DNA from: a virus
Direction: 5' to 3' (one strand)
DNA length: 64,000 bases
Virus record (IMG/VR): IMGVR_UViG_3300042869_000676
Coordinates: 11,628 to 75,627 of that record
Shown: in pieces, positions 57,601 to 64,000 of the stretch
Layout: every line of letters begins with the position of its first letter
Position numbering within the stretch: position 1 is the stretch's first letter
Translations under genes and position numbers: made by a program
The notes under the pieces: model-generated
What the model saw: the letters and a program-made list of their open reading frames with translations, nothing else
The model's database searches: none
Told to the model about the DNA's origin: nothing

Positions 57601-58364
57601 CTATTAAAGGAGAAGTTACTAGTGCTCAACAACAAGGTTTAGATCTTATCGCTAAGAGAGAAGCTTACAGAACACAGCAAAGAAAAGCTATGCAACAACA
57701 GATTATTTCTACCGTGGCTTCTATTGCTGTTGCTTATGGAGCTGGAAAATTAAGATCAGCAATGAAGACTAAACCAACAACGAAATTAGATTATGGGCAA
57801 AATAATTTTAAAGGTGGAATTGAAAATTTAAACAATACTGTTTTAAATAATCAAGGATTGGCAAATGCGATTCCAAATGATAAATTTGAAAGTTTATATT
57901 TTAATTCTGCACCTCGCGTTGGAGTTGGAAATGCAATTGGATATAGAGGAGGAGCATATGGCGGAATGATCGCTGGATTTAACAATGGTGGCGGACCAAC
58001 AGATGATATTCCAGCCTTATTAATGGGCGGCGAATACGTTATGAATCGCGCCACCACCCGTAAGTACGGCAAACAGTATCTTGACTCAATGAATACTGGT
58101 CGCGCTAGATTTGCGGATGGCGGCGAAGTTGGCATGGACGCTACCGTAGAATCGTCAGACTCTAAGGCAAAAATTGACTCTAAAACAGGAACCGCAGTAA
58201 ACATTAGCATTAATGTTTCTGGCAGTAGTTCTTCTAGTGAGTCACAAGGTCAAACATCACAAGGTGGCGTAGATTATAAGAAGATGGGAGAACGGATTAA
58301 GGCTGTAGTGCTTGAAACCATTAACGAAGAAAAACGTTTAGGGGGAGCACTCAGAAGTAGATAA
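51675..58364 (+). CDS. tail tape measure protein (TP901-type core), 2229 aa
   Basis: EFSRQG, VD..FAVS..DLA.GL.RAG and GNAFKSIFTR core. C-terminal FA.GG.V and D.VPAML..GEYV repeats. Confidence 0.92.
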   Translation: MANILSIQGKVTGINESVQAQEKALKPLNIQANVKLNEGSLGKLSQPLGRVTGLATEFEKSIAASNARVIAFGASVGIINGIQNAFASLVTTTIEVQKSLAQIGAVSGKSGDELNRFGDSLFELAKNTGQSFKIASEAAVEFSRQGLSLQETLSRTNDALTLARFTSLSAADAVDVLTAAVNSFGSSGLTTSEILNKLVAVDSKFAVSAADLANGLSRAGSIAQDVGVSFDELNGIITAVQEKTARGGAVIGNAFKSIFTRIRSEDTIQALQKIGISSVDAAGNVRPVVPILKELASTLNTLSGTEKIQALEAVGSKYNINILNALLQDLNSAESQFDKSKTTSSNASSEAYQRQIELNKSLDAIINSVSVSTDKLANSIGRIGVSDNLKGLLNFFGDLVSSINSVIDSEGIGGNIAKGLISGLGGVFFKVGIPVLTALFVILTKNIIQFGAESLQTILGLNSKVKEREALEQAVYNTLISNESVMQRMNSLAGDRKAQEKALLKIYNDQEIALKKVRDISVALAPAIQTGGFSATSGKLVKKGSSGYLPAQEAADVSRGVGGASSSSKVVSIPNFAFGGGKKGTMIANTSEYIVPNYANGGSAIFNQDMIRSFGLPAGAKKLGAAGGYVPNFANEIGVRPASTIAGDDFEERVRDYLGVPETRGSNAIFDFYPGDLDKAPQDKKNALGVKGSWGDLKLNFNEYARKSILAKLINGNQDTAPDKIIKATKANRQSISLNETSQIDGATLFYKAFDNNPKQGQSEIKQTLGTILKEGKQSTKLLSLFDEIRTDPGAVKKVGMLKNNAGKKMSSIMVKANLEENAIIDPESFQTGAASLGYIPNFADPLKAAVEREMAAGLDPSQIRITKDARLKNGKNPEGFAVINTRDEPDGKIPNFADDKPAQGSGMFGGNRKDKRAALKELDSIAGQKKEIESSNILSDAKNKLTKEIILSQIAYRNGSINENNLIEKIKSLSVTYGLNETAQKNLLTNTESFISKIKSSPAANIKNLPFPSLEGVPVSKTSKANKEPQEFNPTKFFALQAAAVGATSAMQSLAKEGSGAAMSLEAAGGVLGTVFTGLSFIGTKINPLVAVVSVATSAFANLAPVIGKYISSLETEGERFSKQLKELGDQAKKTGEELTAEKILGLLGDAKTKGEEAKEQQSLELQVLNQANSLGVTSSSGDANGLSESEIQNILNVLRAMGGVEGVGIDKKINKDILTSFLTQSTKLQTIPSPELGEELKVRKFDLNAFREVSRRPLEEVVAKAKKRAETNIDLRESGGVRELQKREVILARQAEQEFLINDAYQRRINTLDEESKKLRENNSILTEKQKIEKELINSQQRINAEAKKERELSILSVRTSLQKAKEQGSLVSYKPLVKNSPFINRESYDQESNFNIKSILNSDFSRPSSVARKGSISALENPFVNNRKIPIPRYGDDLGKDAKGPLENLSDDTIKQILSKINQGEGQQAAASLIPGFAKASIESQTKVLDSLKPAAESLRKADIGEANRLFKAAIEKAIPQTDKNAKEIEGLNSIIANSTQANELYAQNVELAAQKYEIDAKNKAISARIEVDNMAKNAKVDDELTAFKKVTLEQYKTGYTEDVKRANIAKKLTDAEDALVRSENDKNENNKVDVALTRQRFGAERNEIRRKITIQDAYNSQISQLALDQKVADELRLEKSSLIDATRKLTAQYNNLAAVTENEKTKISNQLGSEIISTISKGDAYSGTSINLREQAKASVLKQNLKGKEFKDLSLEERSNLTTGKANTIGQNLRIEGSGLLDEAKTFQQILGQDTPKALADGLTEAMKVGLSGADNIGEALQNVAKSFLQTIQSAMLESASKNIVGSFTAAIGGSQGGYVKKFATGGMVTGGSGIRDDVPAMLSAGEYVMRKSAVQKYGAENIAKMNDGGIFLPGVRGGSAISGYDQLSKFANQTTTSGATDILQGTGSTAYANLEDQSSRLSRFGLMNEDTIKGEVTSAQQQGLDLIAKREAYRTQQRKAMQQQIISTVASIAVAYGAGKLRSAMKTKPTTKLDYGQNNFKGGIENLNNTVLNNQGLANAIPNDKFESLYFNSAPRVGVGNAIGYRGGAYGGMIAGFNNGGGPTDDIPALLMGGEYVMNRATTRKYGKQYLDSMNTGRARFADGGEVGMDATVESSDSKAKIDSKTGTAVNISINVSGSSSSSESQGQTSQGGVDYKKMGERIKAVVLETINEEKRLGGALRSR

Positions 58365-59140
58365 TGAGCAAAAATTCATCAGTCTCTAATTACGATAATA
58401 GTTTATACATTAGCGGCCACAAAATATTTGGCGTTAATAGTGTTAATTTTGGCTACTCTCTTCCAGTTGACCATGTTAGTGTCATTGGTTATTCAAAGTT
58501 TAAAACCTTCACTTCTAGCGCGCCGCAATCTTCTTTAAGCGTTCAGAAATACTTATCTCCTGCCGATTTCTTTTTAAATTTTACAGGATTAAATCCTCTA
58601 GTTGGAGGAGTAGATTATAAAGGAAAAAAGTTTGGCTTTAATTCGGCTTACCTTACATCGTATTCAGTTGCCGCTTCTGTTGGCAATTTCCCAAATCTAA
58701 ATGCAAGCTTCTCTATATTTGGAGACGTAGGAGATGAATTTGGAGGAAATGGAGCTTCTGAAACTGGAGCTTTGAGAGTCGTAAGGCCCGGTGATATTAG
58801 AATCGAGTGCGACGGAAGCGGCACTAACAGAATTGAATCCTTTACTTATTCGTTAGAATGCAAAAGAGAAGCTTACTATCATCCAACAGGTAGCGGCGCA
58901 ATGGAAGTTGTTACAGTTAAACCGTTTAAAGTAAATGCTGATTTTACTATCGGCGTTGATGACTATGAAGCTAAAAGGGCTTTTGACTACTTGTTGAATT
59001 CTAATAGTAGAAAGATTACTATAGAGATAGGCTCATTAGCTACATTTACAATGGACAATATGGAGCTTATATCAGAAACTTTAAATACATCTTCTACCGA
59101 TGATTTGGTGATAACTCTTACATATCAAGGATTCATCTAA
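58364..59140 (+). CDS. tail-tip protein, tube-fold paralog
   Basis: Directly after the tape measure. YLTSYSVAASVG.FP matches FVTQYGIEAAVGSIP of the tube protein. Confidence 0.6.
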   Translation: MSKNSSVSNYDNSLYISGHKIFGVNSVNFGYSLPVDHVSVIGYSKFKTFTSSAPQSSLSVQKYLSPADFFLNFTGLNPLVGGVDYKGKKFGFNSAYLTSYSVAASVGNFPNLNASFSIFGDVGDEFGGNGASETGALRVVRPGDIRIECDGSGTNRIESFTYSLECKREAYYHPTGSGAMEVVTVKPFKVNADFTIGVDDYEAKRAFDYLLNSNSRKITIEIGSLATFTMDNMELISETLNTSSTDDLVITLTYQGFI

Positions 59141-60078
59141 TGTCTTTCTTTTACGATAGAGATCAAAATATATCTGGGTCTATACCTGCAACGTTAGACT
59201 ATACGCCTTCTTATGGCGCTACAGTTGAATTCTCCGCAGACTTGTCGGCATATACTACCACAGATAACTATCTGCACATTATGCCAAAAGGATTGAATCA
59301 TTTGCAAATGAAAATGAATCTTCCGTTTGAGAACAAAAAGCAAGAAGATGCGCGCAAAATACTTGGTTACATTGAATCTTTAAATGGTACTGGTCATTTC
59401 TTATATACTGATCCAGCTCAAATTTATAAACCGATTCGTATGTTTTGCGACAATATCGAAAACTCATTTAATGAAAACGATCTTCATACAGTTAGCGTAT
59501 CTTTGAGTTCTGATCAAGCTGCGTCGTTGTTAAAATGGGACACTGCTTACGTTACAGGTAGCAATATGAAAGGCGAGTATTCTGCTGGAGTAGCTTACTC
59601 TAGATTTGATGTAGTAAGAAATATCGCCGCAAATGCAAACAATTTATACGATTCTTTTTACTATGTCACTGGTGACATTAGCGTAGGCGAAAATACTGCG
59701 ATCTCTAACTCGAAATTTACAAAAGAGTTTTTCTTTCAGCCAACTTATCCAGCTCAAGTATCAAAAGAAACATCTGTAATCAAAACAGAGCTGCCGTATT
59801 CTTTCACGAAAAGAGCTGATTTCGGAATGCACGCTAATGTTTTAAAATCATTAAAACTAGATTTCAAAGGAATTTCGGATAACGAGGCTAGATGTATTTT
59901 GCACTTTTTATGCGGTAAACAAGGATATAGAAAATTCCAATATAAGTTTCCAAAGATTTACGATCAAAACAAACTCTTCTTTTCAAATCAATGGAGTCAC
60001 ACGTTCGTTTACAAAAACGTAAATGATATTTCTTTAACTCTAATAGAAGATCCGCTTGGGGCAAGAAAGGCTTACTAA
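59140..60078 (+). CDS. minor tail protein (lambda gpM/distal-tail-like, internally duplicated)
   Basis: Two copies of P.Y...V...G.....L.F.....EAR.IL.....G...F.Y..P.IY. Confidence 0.65.
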   Translation: MSFFYDRDQNISGSIPATLDYTPSYGATVEFSADLSAYTTTDNYLHIMPKGLNHLQMKMNLPFENKKQEDARKILGYIESLNGTGHFLYTDPAQIYKPIRMFCDNIENSFNENDLHTVSVSLSSDQAASLLKWDTAYVTGSNMKGEYSAGVAYSRFDVVRNIAANANNLYDSFYYVTGDISVGENTAISNSKFTKEFFFQPTYPAQVSKETSVIKTELPYSFTKRADFGMHANVLKSLKLDFKGISDNEARCILHFLCGKQGYRKFQYKFPKIYDQNKLFFSNQWSHTFVYKNVNDISLTLIEDPLGARKAY

Positions 60079-61238
60079 TGAGAAAACTAATTTCATACGA
60101 AATGGAAATGATGTTTGTTGGTTCGCGGGATGCGTTCGTTACTGCGAGTAACACTGGCAACGCAGTTTCTCGCTTAGACTTTATTCAGAGCTATGGCTTT
60201 TCTTTTAATATGGATCGCCAGCCGTTAAAGCAGATTGGGTCTTCAGCGTTTGCTGCAAGACATAGCCAATTATCTCCAGATGTAGAATTGGACGTTTCTT
60301 ATTTATTGAATGACGGATGGAATGAAAAACATTTAGGATTAGATTTTACTGATAACGCCTACACAAATCCTTTATATACTATTTTAACTGACGATAAAGA
60401 TAGAAACTTTTATGTAATGATAGCTAACGATCAAGCTAAAGATGCTGTAGCTTCTTTTACTCCAACTGATTTTAATGTTTTGGGAATAGGTAATACGTAT
60501 TTAGGTTCTTATAGTATTAGAACGTCTGTTGGTCAAATGGCCGAAGTTAGTTGCAAATACGTTGGCGCTAACGCGCAGATTACGAACTACTCAGCTACAA
60601 ATTATGTTCCAGCCGTAAATACAGCTCTGGCGGGAGAAGACTCGCAAGCGCAAAACAAGAGATATGGGTTTAATTTTTATAACGCTTCTAGACCAACTAG
60701 AATTCAAAACGCATTTACTGGAGTGTTTGATGGAGGTTGCCCTTACAACTCAACAAGTATTGTCGCTACAAACAACAGCGGATCAGCGGGAATTAAGTTT
60801 GGTTTTGTATTCGATAATTTTCAATCGTTAGATATTGCGGTTAACTTAGAAAGAAAAGCTCTTTATGGATTTGGCAGCAATTATCCTTTTGCTAGAAAGA
60901 TTCAAAAACCAATAGTGGGAACAATGTCTTTGGATTCTATAGTGAATTCTTTTGATGCTGAAAAGCTTAATGAGAAGTTCACGCAAGAAGATGTGTCCGC
61001 TGCTGGTTATGATTTTGACATTTTGTTTAAAAACTCCAACCAAGATAAAAAACTAGGAGTAAAGATACAGAACGCCAAATTAGATTCGTATTCAATTAAT
61101 GGTCAAATTGGCGACAAGTCTATAATTCAAACATCTTGGTCGTTTGAGATTACCGAATCGACAGGTATCTTAATATCTGGAGCTTACAATCAGCCAACGT
61201 TAAGCGCGATTTATACTAACGAATCTATCAATCCTTAA
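60078..61238 (+). CDS. tail-tube paralog
   Basis: Collinear similarity with 46528-47649 (IQSYGFSFNMDRQPLKQIG vs VQSANYGFSVARQDINQFG; IQNAKLDS vs IRNAKLVS). Confidence 0.7.
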   Translation: MRKLISYEMEMMFVGSRDAFVTASNTGNAVSRLDFIQSYGFSFNMDRQPLKQIGSSAFAARHSQLSPDVELDVSYLLNDGWNEKHLGLDFTDNAYTNPLYTILTDDKDRNFYVMIANDQAKDAVASFTPTDFNVLGIGNTYLGSYSIRTSVGQMAEVSCKYVGANAQITNYSATNYVPAVNTALAGEDSQAQNKRYGFNFYNASRPTRIQNAFTGVFDGGCPYNSTSIVATNNSGSAGIKFGFVFDNFQSLDIAVNLERKALYGFGSNYPFARKIQKPIVGTMSLDSIVNSFDAEKLNEKFTQEDVSAAGYDFDILFKNSNQDKKLGVKIQNAKLDSYSINGQIGDKSIIQTSWSFEITESTGILISGAYNQPTLSAIYTNESINP

Positions 61239-61251
61239 TGTAAATATAAGT

Positions 61252-64000
61252 ATGAGCAAGAGAATAACAGAACTTCCTTTGGCGACTCAGTTAAACAATG
61301 AGGATCAATTCATATTTTATAGCAATTCTGACAAAGAAACGCAAAGAATCAATGCTGGAATTTCTCTTAACGTTATCGCTAATAATCTGCCCAGCGTATT
61401 AAAGGCAACAACAAATGCTAGCTTAGGTATAGCTAATGCTGCCTTGGCTGACGCAAAAGCGGCTGAAGCTCTTGCGAACGCGGCAACCGCACAAGCATCA
61501 GCAGAAGGAGCGCAAACATCCGCAGACGGAAAAGCTAAAGTTTATTATCAGTCATCGGCTCCAACTGGCGGAACTTATAACACTGGAGATATTTGGTATG
61601 ATACTGATGATAATTATAAAATATATGTAAGATCAGGATCATCTTGGGTTGCTAGTTTTGGGCCAATGCTTAAATTAGATGGAAATAATAATATTTCTGG
61701 CCTTTTAAAAGCAGATGGAACAGATAAAAGTTTTGTTTTGGTTGCTGACAATTTTCAAGTATGGAATGGAGTTAGCGCTGAAGTTCCATTTGAAGTTGTA
61801 GAAGATCCATCAAATCCTCCTAATCAAGTAGTAAGAATTAAAAACGCTCAAATTCAAACTGTTGATGCCGGAAAAATAACTTCTGGTTTTTTATCTTCTC
61901 AGGTTCTTGAATTAGCCAACGCAAACGCTTATTTACAATCAAGTTCTTTCATTGAAACTTGGACTTCTGGTAAAGTTTTTAGACAAAAAAGTTTAGGCAA
62001 AGCTACTCCTAGCGATCAATTGCAGTGCAAGGTTGAGCAGGCAAATGGAACGTTTATTGTTTACGATTGTCTTTCTACTCACACATCGAGTGGAGCTTCG
62101 TTTCCGGGTGTTGGCGGGCTTTGGGCGCAGACTTCTACGCAGCCATCCGCGCAATCTATTGGCTTTAGAATTGTTGGCAATGGTCAAGCTGAATTTAATG
62201 GAGTGTCTGTAAGAGGAGATGTTTTAGCGTTGACTGGTTATTTTGGTGATAATAAAAACGTAACTAAAATTGGAGCTAATGGATTAACTATCGGAAATCA
62301 AGGATATATTAAGTCAGACGGAATCACCTATGCTGCAACAGCTTTTTCTGGTAATGGATTTTTCTTAGGTAACACACAGGGAGAAGGACAAGAAAATGCT
62401 TATCAATTTTATATTGGAAACGCGGCTACGAGTAAATTTTTAAGATGGGACGGAACTAATTTAGTTATCAACGGTAGAATAGCTACTGGAAGTGTATTAG
62501 GTGATTCAAATTCAGGCAGCTCTGTTAATAGCCAAGGCGGTTTAATTATTGGATCTACAATAGGAATTAGAAGAAACGTAGATGATAATGTATTATCAAT
62601 AACAGGAGGAACCGATAACTGGGGCGCAGTTGGCGCTGATAATGGCGCAGGACAAATAGATTTGGTTGGCAAAAACAGTCTAATAGGAAATGCTGGAGTT
62701 GTTCAATTAATTGGCGGAAAGGCTCCTACTGGAGACATTCTTTTAAGAACTTGGTTAGGAACTGAAAATTATTTTAATGACTGCTTAACCGCCAGTAGAA
62801 ATGGGTCTGTAGGTATAAATGATACAGCGCCATCTAATTCAAATGGAATTAAACTTGACGTTTACGGAAGCATGAGGATAAGAGAAGGTGTTGTTTATTC
62901 AACTTATTCAAGTCCATTTAATGGATATACTGTTGCTCTTAACGATGGAGCCAATAACATTAGATTTAAATATGACGATGGTTTATACGCTAAGATTAAT
63001 GATAGTGAGCCTATATTAATTGGCGAAGGCGGAGAAGGCAATCAAGGCAATCAGGGCGAACAAGGCTTTCAAGGCTATCAAGGCAATCAGGGCGAACAAG
63101 GCGAACAAGGCGAACAAGGCGAACAAGGCGAACAGGGCGATCAAGGCTTTCAAGGCTATCAAGGCTATCAAGGCGAACAAGGCGAACAAGGCGAACAGGG
63201 CGATCAAGGCTTTCAAGGCTATCAAGGCTATCAAGGCGAACAGGGCGAACAGGGCGAACAGGGCGAACAGGGCGAACAGGGCGAACAAGGCGAACAGGGC
63301 AATCAAGGCTTTCAAGGCTATCAAGGCTATCAAGGCGAACAGGGCGAACAAGGCGAACAGGGTGATCAAGGCTTTCAAGGCTTTCAAGGCTTTCAAGGCT
63401 ATCAAGGCTATCAAGGCTATCAAGGCGAACAGGGCGAACAGGGCGAACAAGGCGAACAAGGCGAACAGGGCGATCAAGGCTTTCAAGGCTTTCAAGGCTA
63501 TCAAGGCTATCAAGGCGAACAGGGCGAACAGGGCGAACAAGGCGAACAAGGCGAACAGGGCGATCAAGGCTTTCAAGGCTATCAAGGCTATCAAGGCTAT
63601 CAAGGCGAACAGGGTGAACAGGGTGATCAAGGCTTTCAAGGCTATCAAGGCTATCAAGGCTATCAGGGCGAACAAGGCGATCAAGGCGCAGCTGGCACTA
63701 ACGGTACTAACGGTACTAACGGTACCAACGGTTCACAAGGCGATCAAGGCTATCAAGGCTATCAAGGCAATCAGGGCGAACAAGGCGATCAAGGCGCAGC
63801 TGGCACTAACGGTACTAACGGTACTAACGGTACCAACGGTTCACAAGGCGATCAAGGCTATCAAGGCTATCAAGGCTATCAAGGCTATCAAGGCAATCAG
63901 GGCGAACAAGGCGATCAAGGCGCAGCTGGCACTAACGGTACTAACGGTACTAACGGTACCAACGGTTCACAAGGCGATCAAGGCGCAGCTGGCACTAACG
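61252..64000 (+). CDS. tail-tip/fibre protein with a C-terminal collagen-like repeat, 3'-partial (absent from the ORF track)
   Basis: ATG at 61252 (MSKRITELPLA...). No in-frame stop in the stretches I read; frame continues into G-X-Q repeats from about 63022 to the window end. Confidence 0.85.
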   Translation, partial: MSKRITELPLATQLNNEDQFIFYSNSDKETQRINAGISLNVIANNLPSVLKATTNASLGIANAALADAKAAEALANAATAQASAEGAQTSADGKAKVYYQSSAPTGGTYNTGDIWYDTDDNYKIYVRSGSSWVASFGPMLKLDGNNNISGLLKADGTDKSFVLVADNFQVWNGVSAEVPFEVVEDPSNPPNQVVRIKNAQIQTVDAGKITSGFLSSQVLELANANAYLQSSSFIETWTSGKVFRQKSLGKATPSDQLQCKVEQANGTFIVYDCLSTHTSSGASFPGVGGLWAQTSTQPSAQSIGFRIVGNGQAEFNGVSVRGDVLALTGYFGDNKNVTKIGANGLTIGNQGYIKSDGITYAATAFSGNGFFLGNTQGEGQENAYQFYIGNAATSKFLRWDGTNLVINGRIATGSVLGDSNSGSSVNSQGGLIIGSTIGIRRNVDDNVLSITGGTDNWGAVGADNGAGQIDLVGKNSLIGNAGVVQLIGGKAPTGDILLRTWLGTENYFNDCLTASRNGSVGINDTAPSNSNGIKLDVYGSMRIREGVVYSTYSSPFNGYTVALNDGANNIRFKYDDGLYAKINDSEPILIGEGGEGNQGNQGEQGFQGYQGNQGEQGEQGEQGEQGEQGDQGFQGYQGYQGEQGEQGEQGDQGFQGYQGYQGEQGEQGEQGEQGEQGEQGEQGNQGFQGYQGYQGEQGEQGEQGDQGFQGFQGFQGYQGYQGYQGEQGEQGEQGEQGEQGDQGFQGFQGYQGYQGEQGEQGEQGEQGEQGDQGFQGYQGYQGYQGEQGEQGDQGFQGYQGYQGYQGEQGDQGAAGTNGTNGTNGTNGSQGDQGYQGYQGNQGEQGDQGAAGTNGTNGTNGTNGSQGDQGYQGYQGYQGYQGNQGEQGDQGAAGTNGTNGTNGTNGSQGDQGAAGTN
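63022..64000 (+). repeat. 9-bp-unit coding minisatellite (GGC NNN CAR, GGT ACT AAC)
   Basis: Encodes GEQ/GYQ/GFQ/GDQ/GNQ/GTN triplets. Confidence 0.9.

Noticed and set aside
63016-63684. 222-aa hydrophobic ALFALI minus-strand ORF, plus similar alternative-frame ORFs in 31191-42615
   Set aside because: These are shadow frames of the collagen-coding repeats.

Overview
The whole window is part of a large tailed dsDNA phage genome. It is probably siphovirus-like (tail-tube and TP901-type tape-measure genes, no sheath gene seen), and the host cannot be determined from sequence alone. It has three zones. (1) About 1-8.6 kb is an early/accessory zone with sigma70-type promoters, a RuvB-like ATPase, a cluster of structured RNAs, two tRNAs, and DUF1281-, DUF932-, SleB- and gp88-like genes. 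It is unusually dense in non-coding signals: five co-oriented GGGGTAGG arrays, a perfect parS-type palindrome, two clusters of four parS half-sites with identical 18/13/19 bp spacing, a Z-DNA-type tract, duplicated terminators, and a 22-bp-phased palindrome array at about 8.2-8.4 kb where composition changes. (2) About 8.6-13.9 kb is a minus-strand block of HNH endonucleases, phosphatases and hypotheticals. (3) About 13.9-64 kb is the late region: PhoH, a sigma-like factor, an ERCC4 nuclease, terminase, portal, protease/scaffold, capsid, about 19 kb of fibre genes (four collagen-like), an inverted neck/tail-tube block, tape measure, tail-tip genes, and a final collagen-like gene running off the window. 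A TGTAA(A) motif precedes many late genes. The best candidate for an undescribed system is the 0.4-8.6 kb signal island. All family assignments come from motif recognition by eye, not from database searches.
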